Shown in pieces: positions 18,048 through 28,685 of a stretch of 64,000 nucleotides of DNA. Source of the DNA: Candidatus Parcubacteria bacterium (GTDB lineage: Bacteria; Patescibacteriota; Microgenomatia; UBA12405); assembly GCA_023396915.1 (NCBI GenBank), contig JAEWUV010000007.1, positions 82,077-146,076 on the forward strand, given 5' to 3'. The position numbers and the translations under genes are program-made. The stretch's first letter is position 1. Each line of letters begins with the position of its first letter. The notes below the pieces were generated by a model. The model had not been told where the DNA came from. It searched no databases and was given only the letters and a program-made list of their open reading frames with translations.

Positions 18048-18965
18048 ATGACCAAAGTAGCCATTATTATCATAAATTGGAATAAGCCGGATATGACGGT
18101 AGACACTGTTAATTCGGTTTTAAGAATTAATCATAAAAATTTTGACTATCAAATTTTTTTAGTTGATAACGGTTCTTCCGACAATTCTGTTTCTGTATTT
18201 CAAAAAGAATTTAATTCTAACCCAAAAATTAAAATTATTAGTAATCACACAAATCTAGGTTTTGTTGGAGGGAATAATACTATTGCTAAACAAATTTTAA
18301 AACTCGATTTTAGCCATATTCTTCTTCTTAATAACGATGTTATTGTTGATTCTGATTTTCTACAACAACTAGTCAAAAACGCCTCCAAACATTCTCTTGT
18401 GGGGCCTAAAATATATTTCGCCCCGGGGTATGAATATCATCATGATCGTTATTCAAAAAAGGAGCGGGGTAATGTTATTTGGTTTGCCGGTGGCCAAATC
18501 GATTGGAATAATGTTTATGGTAGCCATATTGGTGTCGACGAAGTTGATCAAGGCCAATATGACCAAATAAATGACAAAATTGATTTTCTGACTGGTTGTT
18601 GCCTTTTAGTTCAAAAAGAAGTTTTTGAAAAAATCGGCTTTTTAGATGAAAAATTCTTTATGTATCTGGAAGATGCTGACTTTTGTCAAAGAGCCAAAAA
18701 AAATGGCTTTAAATTAGCTTATATTCCCAATTCAAAAATTTGGCATATAAACTCTGGTTCGTCAAAAACAGGGGGAGATTTGCAAAATTATTTTTTAACC
18801 CGAAACCGGCTTCTTTTCGGTTTCCGTTATGCTAAATTTAAAACTAAATTAGCTTTAATCAAAGAATCCTTTTCTCAACTCATCAACCCATCTATTAGTA
18901 AATGGCAAAAAATTGCCATCAAGGATTTTTATCTTCAAAAATTTAACAAAGGTTCATGGCAATAA
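18048..18965 (+). CDS. GT2 glycosyltransferase (rhamnosyltransferase-like)
   Basis: VAIIIINWNKPDMT...FLVDNGSSDNS...LLNNDV. 305 aa. Confidence 0.8.
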   Translation: MTKVAIIIINWNKPDMTVDTVNSVLRINHKNFDYQIFLVDNGSSDNSVSVFQKEFNSNPKIKIISNHTNLGFVGGNNTIAKQILKLDFSHILLLNNDVIVDSDFLQQLVKNASKHSLVGPKIYFAPGYEYHHDRYSKKERGNVIWFAGGQIDWNNVYGSHIGVDEVDQGQYDQINDKIDFLTGCCLLVQKEVFEKIGFLDEKFFMYLEDADFCQRAKKNGFKLAYIPNSKIWHINSGSSKTGGDLQNYFLTRNRLLFGFRYAKFKTKLALIKESFSQLINPSISKWQKIAIKDFYLQKFNKGSWQ

Positions 18966-19750
18966 AAAAATGTCCTTTATCTATCATTGTTTTGTCCGGG
19001 AACGAAGAAAAAATGATTGTTAATTGTCTTAAGACTTGTTCTTGGGCTCAAGAAATTGTTTTAGTTGCCGCCAATTCATCTGATAACACAGTTAAATTAG
19101 CCCGAAAAACTATCCCTAAGATTAAAATTATTTCAACCACAGACGAATATAACAAAAATTTTAGTAAGTGGCGCAATCTTGGATTTAAAAACAGCAGTCA
19201 AAAATGGATTCTATATATAGATGCCGACGAAAGAATTACCCCTAGCCTCAAAAAGCAAATTATCAATGTCGTTAATAAACAAACAACCAAGTTTACTCAT
19301 TACGCCATTCCTCGATCTAATTATTTTTTAGGTCAAAGAGTGCGTTTTGGTGGTAGCTACCCTGATTACGTTAAACGACTTTTTAAACGTGATTTTTTTC
19401 AAGGTTATCAGGGTATTCTTCATGAGCAGCCTATAATTTCTGGCACTTTAGGTTATATAAAATCTGATTTACTCCATTACACTCATCGTGATTTGACCTC
19501 TATGCTTAACAAAAGTATTGTCTGGACCAATACCGAAGCCCAAGCTTTGTTTAAATCTAATCATCCACCGGTAGTTTGGTGGCGTTTTATCAGAATGATA
19601 CTTACCAAGCTATGGGAAAGATTAATCAAGCAACAAATGTGGCGTGATGGGCAAGTTGGTTGGGTTTCTGCTATTTTTGAAAGCTATAATACTTTTCTAA
19701 TTTACGCTCGTCTTTGGGAGCTTCAGCAGAAGCAAAAAAACAAAATTTAA
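18956..19750 (+). CDS. GT2 glycosyltransferase
   Basis: LSIIVLSGNEEKMI...AANSSDNT...YIDADE. 264 aa. Confidence 0.75.
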   Translation: MAIKKCPLSIIVLSGNEEKMIVNCLKTCSWAQEIVLVAANSSDNTVKLARKTIPKIKIISTTDEYNKNFSKWRNLGFKNSSQKWILYIDADERITPSLKKQIINVVNKQTTKFTHYAIPRSNYFLGQRVRFGGSYPDYVKRLFKRDFFQGYQGILHEQPIISGTLGYIKSDLLHYTHRDLTSMLNKSIVWTNTEAQALFKSNHPPVVWWRFIRMILTKLWERLIKQQMWRDGQVGWVSAIFESYNTFLIYARLWELQQKQKNKI

Positions 19751-19764
19751 GGTATCATGAACTG

Positions 19765-20946
19765 ATGACTAAAAAAGTGGCTATTTATGATCCCTATCTT
19801 GACACTTTGGGCGGTGGAGAACGCTATTGTCTGACTGTTGCCGAAATTTTACTTAAAAATAATTTTGAAGTTGATTTGTATTGGTCGGGTGATAAAAGTC
19901 TAATTTCAAAAGCCGAAAAGCGTTTCTCTTTAAACTTAAAAGATCTCAATATAATTCCGGATATTTTTACGGTTCAACCAGCTAATATTGATCTTTCAAA
20001 AGACAATCAACAGAGACCTGATATCAACAGAAATTATTCTTCTGAACAAGGAATAATTGATAAGGCAAAAAAACTCTTTGAGAGATTATCAAAAAATCGT
20101 CAGTATCAAATTATTTTCTATCTTGGTGATGGCAGTGTTCCTATGCTTTTCGGCAAAAAAAACTTTCTTCATGTTCAAGTTCCTTTTGCTCTTGATCAAA
20201 AACCGCTTTCAAATTTTAATTATTACCTCAAATCGAAATTTTTAACAAATATCATTTGCAATTCTCAATTCACTGCCAAATTTCAGCCGTCCCAATTCAA
20301 AAATAAAACTTTAGTTCTTTACCCTCCGGTTGATGTTGAAAAATTTTATCCGGATAAACACAAAGAAAATATTATTTTATCTGTTGGTCGTTTTGACAAT
20401 GTCCTTAATGCCAAAAAACAAGATTTACTTATTGAAGCCTTCAGAGAGCTTAACCTTCGTCATTCCTCTTTCAACTGGAAACTTATTTTAGCCGGTGGTA
20501 GTTTAACTGATCCAAAAGATAACGCCTATCTAAAATTTTTACAAAATAAATCTTTTGGACTACCTATCGAATTTGCTGTTAATCCTCCTTTTGAAGTTTT
20601 AAAAAAAATTTACGCCAAGTCTAAAATATACTGGCACGCCGCCGGATTTGATGTCGACGAAAAAAAACATCCAGAAAATACAGAACATTTTGGGATGGCC
20701 ATCGTCGAAGCTATGGCCTCAGGTGCGGTTCCAATTGTTGTCGCCAAAGGAGGAATTCCTGAAATAGTAGAGAATGGAGTTAATGGCTATCTTTGGAAAA
20801 CAACTGACGATTTGATTATAAAAACCGAGCAACTTATTGACGATTACGATACTTTTAACCGTATGTCTCAACAATCCTTAATTAATTGTCGTCAATTTTC
20901 AAAAGATAATTTTGAAAAAACCCTTTTAGAAATTATCCAAAAATAA
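19765..20946 (+). CDS. GT4 (GT-B) glycosyltransferase
   Basis: C-terminal EHFGMAIVEAMASGAVPIV (GT4 E-x7-E region). ATG at 19765; the ORF track gives 19714. Confidence 0.8.
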   Translation: MTKKVAIYDPYLDTLGGGERYCLTVAEILLKNNFEVDLYWSGDKSLISKAEKRFSLNLKDLNIIPDIFTVQPANIDLSKDNQQRPDINRNYSSEQGIIDKAKKLFERLSKNRQYQIIFYLGDGSVPMLFGKKNFLHVQVPFALDQKPLSNFNYYLKSKFLTNIICNSQFTAKFQPSQFKNKTLVLYPPVDVEKFYPDKHKENIILSVGRFDNVLNAKKQDLLIEAFRELNLRHSSFNWKLILAGGSLTDPKDNAYLKFLQNKSFGLPIEFAVNPPFEVLKKIYAKSKIYWHAAGFDVDEKKHPENTEHFGMAIVEAMASGAVPIVVAKGGIPEIVENGVNGYLWKTTDDLIIKTEQLIDDYDTFNRMSQQSLINCRQFSKDNFEKTLLEIIQK

Positions 20947-20949
20947 CTT

Positions 20950-21825
20950 ATGAAAATATCTGTAATTGTAACCAATTGGAACGGCCTTCCTCTTCTTCAA
21001 AAAAACTTAGAAACTATTATTCAAAAAAGTCCTGAAGCAGAAGAAGTTATTTTTGCTGATGACTGTTCCAGTGACGATAGTGTCAGTTTTGTCCAAAAAC
21101 TTAAAAATAAATATCCAAAATTAAAGATTATTGCCCACAAAAAAAACTTAGGTTTTGGTGGTAACTCTAATGACGCTGTCAGAAAAGCTAAAGGGGATTT
21201 AGTTGTTTTACTTAACAACGACATTGTTCCTCATTCAGATTATATAAAAAATACCTTAAAACATTTTTCTAATCCCAAAGTTTTTGGAGTCGGATTTGCC
21301 GAAATTAAACACGAAAATTGGGCCAGATTTTTTTGGAAAAGCGGCTATCTTCAACATGAACCAGGAATTGCCGGAATTAATAAAACTCATATCTCTGGTT
21401 GGGTTTCTGGTGGCAGTTCTATTGTTAGAAAAAGTCTTTTTGAAAAATTAGGTGGTTTTGATTCTGTTTATCAACCTTTCTATTCTGAAGACCTCGATTT
21501 GGGTTATCGAGCCTGGAAGTCCGGCTATACTTTACTTTGGGAACCAACCGCTATAGTTGAACACAAACACGAAGCTACTATGTCAAAATTTTCAGTCAAT
21601 TTTTTAAATTATGTCAAAGAAAGAAATCGATTACTAAATACCTGGCGCAATATCACTAATCCAGATTTGTTACGCAAAAATCAAATTGCCCTAATCGGGC
21701 GTGTTTTAACCGGGCCAAATTATATAAAAATTATTCGTGCCGCCAAAAGACAACTTAAAAAATCTTCATTACCAATAGTTTTTCCCAAACTCAGTGATGA
21801 AGAAATTTTAGCCAAATTTAAATGA
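20950..21825 (+). CDS. GT2 glycosyltransferase
   Basis: ISVIVTNWNGLPLL...ADDCSSDDS...LLNNDI. 291 aa. Confidence 0.8.
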   Translation: MKISVIVTNWNGLPLLQKNLETIIQKSPEAEEVIFADDCSSDDSVSFVQKLKNKYPKLKIIAHKKNLGFGGNSNDAVRKAKGDLVVLLNNDIVPHSDYIKNTLKHFSNPKVFGVGFAEIKHENWARFFWKSGYLQHEPGIAGINKTHISGWVSGGSSIVRKSLFEKLGGFDSVYQPFYSEDLDLGYRAWKSGYTLLWEPTAIVEHKHEATMSKFSVNFLNYVKERNRLLNTWRNITNPDLLRKNQIALIGRVLTGPNYIKIIRAAKRQLKKSSLPIVFPKLSDEEILAKFK

Positions 21826-22301
21826 AACGCAAGAAATTTCTCTCCATCTATTTACCCTTAATTTTTTCTTTGGGATTATTGGTTTTTTTTAGCCTCAGAA
21901 GTTACTCCAAAAAAAATTTTTCAAAAGAAAAATTCAATAATCTAATCTATACCACCTCTTCCACAAAAGATAAAACCAACGATTTGTGTAGATACCAAAT
22001 TTTAGGTGAACCGAAAGTAGAAAATAACTATATTAAAATAAATTTTTGGTGCCAAAACGGTACCAAAGCCAGAAGCACTTTGGCTTTGGAAGCCATTGAA
22101 AATAATTCAAATATCAATGGGATATTAAAAGAATATGCCCGAATTATAAATTTTGACTATTCTTTAATTCAAACAAATAATTGGTACTGTTTATTTAATG
22201 ATCAATTAATTACTGATTTTAATCAATCAATTGTGCCATCTGGCACCATTGATTGTTTTGAGAATAAAAATTTGTATCGTTATGATCAAAAAGAGCTTTA
22301 A
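21822..22301 (+). CDS. Hypothetical membrane-anchored protein
   Basis: 159 aa with one N-terminal TM helix and no recognisable domain. Overlap-coupled to its neighbours. Confidence 0.45.
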   Translation: MKRKKFLSIYLPLIFSLGLLVFFSLRSYSKKNFSKEKFNNLIYTTSSTKDKTNDLCRYQILGEPKVENNYIKINFWCQNGTKARSTLALEAIENNSNINGILKEYARIINFDYSLIQTNNWYCLFNDQLITDFNQSIVPSGTIDCFENKNLYRYDQKEL

Positions 22302-23682
22302 AGTTTTAGTCTTTCTTGCCATTGTTGTATTAGCCTTTTTTCTTAGAAGAAGAGATTATGCCCAAATTCCTATTCCTGGACAATCAGTCGACGAATATAG
22401 TTACTCATGGGTTGGTCTTTCATTATTAAAAACCGGCATGCCCATTGGAATCTCGGGAATTTCTGGCTATCAAAATCAATTTCCTCGTTATATTAACGTT
22501 GACCGCCTTTACCAAACACTTTCCAGTGACCCCCTCACTATCAATTATCCCTGGATGGATCATCCACCGCTTTTGGGATTAATTACCGGGGGATATGCCA
22601 CTTTTAGTGGGGCCAATGTTTTTGAGGATACCTCAAGCCTATTAATTCGTCGCCCAATAATCATTATTGGAACTATTTCTGTTGCCTTACTTATGATTTT
22701 TGTCTGGATTAACTTTGGTTTTTTTAGTTCAGTTTTGTCCGGTTTGATTTACGCCACTACACCATTAGTGGTTCTTAGTAGCCGAATGATTCAAGCTGAA
22801 AATGCTATTATTCCCTGTCTATTGGCGGTTATGATTTGTTTGAGTCTTTATTTTAAAAGCCAAAAAGATTATTGGCTTATTTTTACTGCCATTATTTCTG
22901 GTTTGGCTACCTTATTTAAACTAACCGGCATTGTTTGTTATCTATATGTTTTTTTAATTTTACTTTTTGAACACAAAAAAATTAATCAAAAATTTATCAA
23001 AGATTTTTCTTTTTATTTACTCATCGCCTTACCAATAAGCTCTTTATTTCTTTTTTATGGTTTATCCTATGGTTTTAAGAACTTCTTTGCCATCTTCTTT
23101 TCTAACACTAACCGTTTTTACGGTATTGGATCCAGCGCTATTATTGACCTAATCCGCAACCAAAGACTAACCCAACACAAATTTCTACCGGAAATTTGGC
23201 TGTTTCTTGGTTGGTTTACCTTTTTATTTTCTCTAATTAAAAAGAATTTTTTTTCTCATACTTCTTCAGTGAATATTGCCATTTTTTCTTATTTAATAGT
23301 TTATCTAATATTTGGTTCACAACCTTACGGCTGGTATACTTTCCCGTTCTGGCCATTTTTAATAATTAGTCTTTCTGTTTGGATAATTAATTCACTTAAG
23401 CAAAATCAATACATTTTAATTTCGTTTATCCTTTCTTTGATTTTAATGGGATCAAATATCAGCCGAGTAATTGGTATTTTTGATTTCCAACCCGTAGCCC
23501 CTTGGTGGCGTTTCGGATTAACTTTAATTTTATTTATTTTATTCATTAAATTCATTGTAAAAAATTCAAAAAATTTAATTTTTAAAGCTCTAATCATCAT
23601 TTTTATAACAATTGCTCTTTATTTCAATCTTCGCTACTTCAATCTCATCAATCTGGACTTCTGGTGGCAAAACATTTCCTAA
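22282..23682 (+). CDS. Polytopic membrane GT-C glycosyltransferase (ArnT/PMT_2-like)
   Basis: QSVDEYSYSWVGLSLLKTGMP...DHPPLLGL loop motifs. ATG at 22282; the ORF track gives 22231. Confidence 0.65.
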   Translation: MIKKSFKVLVFLAIVVLAFFLRRRDYAQIPIPGQSVDEYSYSWVGLSLLKTGMPIGISGISGYQNQFPRYINVDRLYQTLSSDPLTINYPWMDHPPLLGLITGGYATFSGANVFEDTSSLLIRRPIIIIGTISVALLMIFVWINFGFFSSVLSGLIYATTPLVVLSSRMIQAENAIIPCLLAVMICLSLYFKSQKDYWLIFTAIISGLATLFKLTGIVCYLYVFLILLFEHKKINQKFIKDFSFYLLIALPISSLFLFYGLSYGFKNFFAIFFSNTNRFYGIGSSAIIDLIRNQRLTQHKFLPEIWLFLGWFTFLFSLIKKNFFSHTSSVNIAIFSYLIVYLIFGSQPYGWYTFPFWPFLIISLSVWIINSLKQNQYILISFILSLILMGSNISRVIGIFDFQPVAPWWRFGLTLILFILFIKFIVKNSKNLIFKALIIIFITIALYFNLRYFNLINLDFWWQNIS

Positions 23683-25259
23683 TTTGGAATATAAATTAAG
23701 AATTGCGGCTGTTGATCTGGCTTAAAAATAGTTTTCCATAATCTTAATTTTTTTATCGATTCATTTACAGTTGGATTAGAAGTTGATACCACATATACCG
23801 AGTTTCCATTAATATCCTCATCGTTCCAATCAATATTTCTAAAACAATATTTATCGACACATTCATCATTTACTCTATTAGCCATCTTCCAAGCATCAAA
23901 AGCGCCCCAATAACCCCAGTAAAGTCTTGGTAAACCAACGTATTGCCCAAATTCTCCAAAACGTGTTTCGACTATTATAGTTTCATAATTTGATTCTATT
24001 TTTTTAATTTCTTCCAAAGCCTGTTTGTAACCATACTGAAAATTATCACCGGTTATTTTTGGAAAATGAATAAAATACGCCACCGAAAAATAGAAAAAAT
24101 TTATTAAAATCAAAGTCAATAAAACCCAAAAATAATTTTTATATTTAGACCATATAAAAAATAACCCGCCAGCCATGATTAAAATTGTCGGCATAATAAA
24201 GGGCAAATTCCTTACCGAACTAGGCTGTCCGTAGGTCAAAGAGGGGACTATCGGGCAAATTAACCACCACATCAATATAGCCTTACTATTTTGTCCAAAA
24301 ATAGGTTTAATTTTAACTAAACCTATCAACAAAAGAGGTAATGTTGCTAACAAAAACCAGCCAAAATTTAAAGGCTCATTTTTTGGAAAAATGTCCATCC
24401 CTTCTGTAAACAAAAAGTTAATTCCAAAATGCTCTGTATACCGATAAATCGGATCGATTATTACTTTTAAACCTTTTTTAATCCAATAATCGTCGGTAGT
24501 CGCCAAGTAATTTTGGATCGAAACCCCTTGATACCAAATTTGGCTGGAAGCTCTATTAAAAGGGTCTCGTGTTTGTACTTTTATAAAGTCAATAAATATA
24601 GGCAAAATCACCAAAAAAGCCATAACCCACATTAAAAACCATTTTTTAAATTTTATTTCTTTTATCCAAAGTAAAGGGAAAGCCAGCATTAATAATGGAG
24701 ATAATCCTTTTTCTGTATGATAGGCCCACAAGGAGAAGCCAAAAAATAATCCGGATAAAAGTAAAAGATAATTTTTATTTTCTTTTTTAAATTTAAAAAG
24801 ACAAAAAATTGCTAATAATAAAATCACTGAAGCCAAGTTAGATTCAAAAGCCATTCGCGAGGCATATATACTTTGAGGGTTTAGCGCCAACAAAAAAGCT
24901 GCCATTAAAGCCACTTTTTCATTAACCAAAAGTCTTCCCAGAACCGCAATTAAAATAATTGCCAATGTTCCGGCAAAAGCCGATAAAAATCTAACACCAT
25001 ACTCATTATTACCAAAAACAAAATTAAAAGGCATGTTTAGATAAGCATATAAAGGAGCTTTGTAATCCCTGTGAGAAACAAAAGATAGTGGTAGTTTTTT
25101 ATGATGTTCATCCATCCCCGTTAACCTAACAGAATAACTGTCATAGGCTATGGAAATTTCATCATTTCCCAAATGATTCGGGTTTTTATCTAATTTCAAT
25201 ATCCTCAAACCAGCCCCTAAAATCGTTATAGCCAATAATAAAATCCAAAATTTCTTCAT
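23679..25259 (-). CDS. Polytopic membrane GT-C glycosyltransferase (ArnT/PMT_2-like)
   Basis: GNDEISIAYDSYSVRLTGMDEHHKKLPLSFVSHRDYKAPLYAYL matches the DE...YKPP loop of ArnT/PMT-type enzymes. Its stop overlaps the stop of the convergent + gene by 4 nt. Confidence 0.7.
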   Translation of the reverse strand: MKKFWILLLAITILGAGLRILKLDKNPNHLGNDEISIAYDSYSVRLTGMDEHHKKLPLSFVSHRDYKAPLYAYLNMPFNFVFGNNEYGVRFLSAFAGTLAIILIAVLGRLLVNEKVALMAAFLLALNPQSIYASRMAFESNLASVILLLAIFCLFKFKKENKNYLLLLSGLFFGFSLWAYHTEKGLSPLLMLAFPLLWIKEIKFKKWFLMWVMAFLVILPIFIDFIKVQTRDPFNRASSQIWYQGVSIQNYLATTDDYWIKKGLKVIIDPIYRYTEHFGINFLFTEGMDIFPKNEPLNFGWFLLATLPLLLIGLVKIKPIFGQNSKAILMWWLICPIVPSLTYGQPSSVRNLPFIMPTILIMAGGLFFIWSKYKNYFWVLLTLILINFFYFSVAYFIHFPKITGDNFQYGYKQALEEIKKIESNYETIIVETRFGEFGQYVGLPRLYWGYWGAFDAWKMANRVNDECVDKYCFRNIDWNDEDINGNSVYVVSTSNPTVNESIKKLRLWKTIFKPDQQPQFLIYIPN

Positions 25260-25945
25260 TTTAAACAAAAATCTAAAATTAATAAAACATAAATTAACCA
25301 TCTCTTTTTTATAAATATCGGATTTTCAAAACCAAGATAAATCCAGTAGAAAGCCACTGGTAACCCTAAAAATACAAATTTATAAGTATCCCCCATAATT
25401 CTCAAAGTCGAACTAACCAAAACTACAAAAAACCAAACTACTAATAAATTATTTCTTTTCTTGTTTTTAAAATAATTAATTAAACCGGACAACATTAAAT
25501 AAAAGCCTCCAAACCCAACAGTTTTAATCCAAAATACAACCGATAAATACCGTGATAAACCAATAAACCAAGAAAAAAATTTTAAATAACTCCCATAAAA
25601 ATACGGTCTTAATTTAAAAGGCAGCCATAAACCTTCCAAAGAATAACGCTGAATTGACTTGTTTATTAATTGATAGCCCAAAAATGACTGTTCCTTATCA
25701 AAACTTACCGTAAATGGGTTAAAAGTAAAATTTAATAATCTATTTAGATTAAGATTAATTATTATCAATATAAATAAAAAGAGAATAAAAAAAATCAGTT
25801 TACGTTTCAAAAGGAAACAGCTTGAAAACAAACAAAATAAGATTATCCACCAAGATATATTTCTAAACTCACCAAACCAACCACAAAACCAAAAAATTGA
25901 AAAATATACTAGAAATATTTCACCCCCTTTTAGCCTTTTTATCAC
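25256..25945 (-). CDS. Hypothetical small integral membrane protein
   Basis: 229 aa with about 6 TM. Overlap-coupled to the upstream GT-C gene. Confidence 0.45.
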   Translation of the reverse strand: MIKRLKGGEIFLVYFSIFWFCGWFGEFRNISWWIILFCLFSSCFLLKRKLIFFILFLFILIIINLNLNRLLNFTFNPFTVSFDKEQSFLGYQLINKSIQRYSLEGLWLPFKLRPYFYGSYLKFFSWFIGLSRYLSVVFWIKTVGFGGFYLMLSGLINYFKNKKRNNLLVVWFFVVLVSSTLRIMGDTYKFVFLGLPVAFYWIYLGFENPIFIKKRWLIYVLLILDFCLK

Positions 25946-26023
25946 ACCATAATCATATCACCCCAGCAGGTTATTCTTTTGTTGAAAATGGTTTTTTAAA
26001 ATGAGACACTTTCATATTCTTTT

Positions 26024-27352
26024 ATGAAAAAATTATTTTTATTTTTAGCTGTAATTTTAATCAATCTAAGTCTAAGAATTTATATTTCTATCAATACTCC
26101 TCATCAAGGCGACATTTTGACTCAACAAGAGTGGGCTAATACTCTAACAAACCAAGGTTTAGCAGGATCTTATTTCTCTCAAGGTTGGACATATTCCCCT
26201 CCAACTCAACCTCCATTAATGATGTTGGCCTATTCTGGCTCTGGTTGGCTTTATCAAAACAGAAATATTTTTTCTGCCATGCATAATTTTATAAAATTCC
26301 CCACAGCAGCCATGCTTCTTGGCTTTCAAAAGTACGGTCAAACCCTTTCTCTTAAAATTTGGGAAACAATCGGAACTTATTTCATCGCCCTTGTTTTCTT
26401 TTTTTATTTATCCAAAAAAAATTCCTTTAAAAAATCATTTTTGTGTTTTTTATTTATTATTTTTAATCCAATTTCTATCTTTATCAATTCTGTTTGGGGC
26501 CAAAACGATATTCTTCCTACGGCCTTTATGTATCTTGCATTTATTTTTGTTTTCTCTAAATTTATATTCATCAGCCCGATATTCTTTGTTATTGGAATTC
26601 TGTTTAAACCCACCATTATTACTCTCATTCCACTCTTTGCCTTCATATTTTTATATCAAGCCTTTAAAAAGAAAGCTCCCCATCGAATAGTTAATACAAT
26701 TTTTAGTGGTCTAATCTGTCTTGGTCTTATTTATTTCTCTTTTAAACCCTTTATCCCGTCAGAAATCAAACCATTAGGTTATATAAACGATATTGTTAAT
26801 AGTCGTATCAAAACATCATCCAAAGGTCTTAAACTCGCTTCCGTCTCTGCTTTTAATTTTTATTCACTGTTTTGGAATATCGACAAAACATATGCCACCC
26901 ACGACGGATCATTAATTCAATTAAAAGACGTTGCTACTATCCTGATTATTCTAATTAATTTCTTTTTTATTTTTAAGTTATATAAATCCAAAAAAATTAA
27001 CTTTGACAACACTTTATTTACTATTTTTTTTATCTCTCAAGGAAGTTTTTTATTTATGACTAATATGTTAGAAAGATATTTTATCCCTGCTTTTTTATCC
27101 TCGATAGTCCTTTTAGTTATTTACTGGAAAAAATTTGGTCTCTATTTTTTAGTTCAAAACCTAATCTGGCTTATTAATATAATATATGCCTATTATTACC
27201 GGAATAATGACTTTATCAACCATCTCTTTCATGACTATAACAATCTTTTAATTCGTCTTCTTTCTCTTGCTAATTTATTACTATTCCTTTTTATTACAAA
27301 AACTTATTTCAAGTCTTTTTTAACTCGGCCACTAAAATCTTTAGATAAATAA
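26024..27352 (+). CDS. Polytopic membrane protein, second GT-C-like family (DUF2029/GT87-like), paralog A
   Basis: 442 aa with at least 10 TM. N-terminal loop HQGDILTQQEWA...GWTYSPPTQPPLMM shares the W...PP pattern with the paralogs at 27309-28631 and 31240-32556. Confidence 0.5.
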   Translation: MKKLFLFLAVILINLSLRIYISINTPHQGDILTQQEWANTLTNQGLAGSYFSQGWTYSPPTQPPLMMLAYSGSGWLYQNRNIFSAMHNFIKFPTAAMLLGFQKYGQTLSLKIWETIGTYFIALVFFFYLSKKNSFKKSFLCFLFIIFNPISIFINSVWGQNDILPTAFMYLAFIFVFSKFIFISPIFFVIGILFKPTIITLIPLFAFIFLYQAFKKKAPHRIVNTIFSGLICLGLIYFSFKPFIPSEIKPLGYINDIVNSRIKTSSKGLKLASVSAFNFYSLFWNIDKTYATHDGSLIQLKDVATILIILINFFFIFKLYKSKKINFDNTLFTIFFISQGSFLFMTNMLERYFIPAFLSSIVLLVIYWKKFGLYFLVQNLIWLINIIYAYYYRNNDFINHLFHDYNNLLIRLLSLANLLLFLFITKTYFKSFLTRPLKSLDK

Positions 27353-28631
27353 AAATATTGACTACCGACAAAGCCCTGGGGACTATTTGATTCTGCCAAC
27401 CAAAAATATCCTTTATCCCGTCCAGATATTGTGGTACTGAAAATACATAAAACATACTCAGAAAAAATATTGTCGTTAAAACAATAAAATACTTAAAATA
27501 ATCTTTGTTGTAAATTGAATAAAACAATAAGGCAGCTAGACTATAAAAAGCATATCTTTCATGCATCCCTGTCATGAACAACCAAGAACCAAAACCAACT
27601 ATAAAAATTGACAAAAATATATTTTTTAACTCTTTATTCTTAACCATCTTAAACGACAAAAGTGTAATTATAACCCAAAAAATATAGCCCCACGTTTTGG
27701 CAAAAAAACCTAAATAAACCCAATCCTCAAAAGCTATTTTACTGGGGAAAGGATAAAAAACATACCAAAAATTAAAAGCATTTTGAGTTACCAAGCCCTC
27801 ACTGGTATTTAACCTTTTTGCCAATAAAAATAACAAATCCGATATTTTTCCATCAACAAACCAAGTTACCGTCCACAAACTAAAAACTCCGGCTAGTAAT
27901 CCTCCTAAAATTAAATTCCGCCAAGGTTGCTTTTGTTTAAACCAAACAAACAAAAACAATGGAGCCAAAAATATACAATCCGGTTTTAAATTTATTGCAA
28001 TTGCATAAAGTAATGGTGCCCATATTGACCTTCTTGTAGTCAGTAATATAAAAGCTATTATCAAAAACAAAAAAGACAATTGATTGGATTGTCCCCAAAC
28101 TGCCGATAAATACCAAGAAAATGGCAACAACAAATATGTCAAAACATATTTCTTCCAGTTAACTTTATTTTTTTGACAGGTTTTATAAATTAACCAAGCG
28201 ACACCAAAATCAGCCAAAACCATTATCTGTTTAATAACAGTAATTACTCCCAACAAAAATTCAGTATTTTCATATCTTGCACCACCAAACCATTCCACAA
28301 ATTTATAATAAAAAGTTAAATGGCCGGCACCCAAATGATTCAAAGCAATAAAATTACCGAAACTTGACATCCACCACATTAACAGACTGTGTATCTTATA
28401 TGACTCAAAATAAATCCAACTTATCAGCGGTGGGTGATTTGGCCAAATACACCCCCAAACATTCCAGTTATACAAGCCCTTTGGCCCTCCACTAACATAC
28501 ATCCATTTAGCCCATTCAACCTGAATTCTGACATCACTATGTGCTGGTAAAAAACTCAACCACCAACGGATTAAAATCAACCCCAACCAAAACAAAATTA
28601 ATTTCCAATTATTCTTAAACCATTCCCTCAT
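27309..28631 (-). CDS. Polytopic membrane protein, second GT-C-like family, paralog B
   Basis: Loop motif VEWAKWMYVSGGPKGLYNWNVWGCIWPNHPPLISWIYFESY. Its 3' end overlaps the convergent paralog A by 44 nt. Confidence 0.5.
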   Translation of the reverse strand: MREWFKNNWKLILFWLGLILIRWWLSFLPAHSDVRIQVEWAKWMYVSGGPKGLYNWNVWGCIWPNHPPLISWIYFESYKIHSLLMWWMSSFGNFIALNHLGAGHLTFYYKFVEWFGGARYENTEFLLGVITVIKQIMVLADFGVAWLIYKTCQKNKVNWKKYVLTYLLLPFSWYLSAVWGQSNQLSFLFLIIAFILLTTRRSIWAPLLYAIAINLKPDCIFLAPLFLFVWFKQKQPWRNLILGGLLAGVFSLWTVTWFVDGKISDLLFLLAKRLNTSEGLVTQNAFNFWYVFYPFPSKIAFEDWVYLGFFAKTWGYIFWVIITLLSFKMVKNKELKNIFLSIFIVGFGSWLFMTGMHERYAFYSLAALLFYSIYNKDYFKYFIVLTTIFFLSMFYVFSVPQYLDGIKDIFGWQNQIVPRALSVVNIFIYLKILVAELKKT

Positions 28632-28685
28632 TAGTCCATTATATCAACCGAATTTTAAATCTAAACAGTGTAAAATAAGACTATA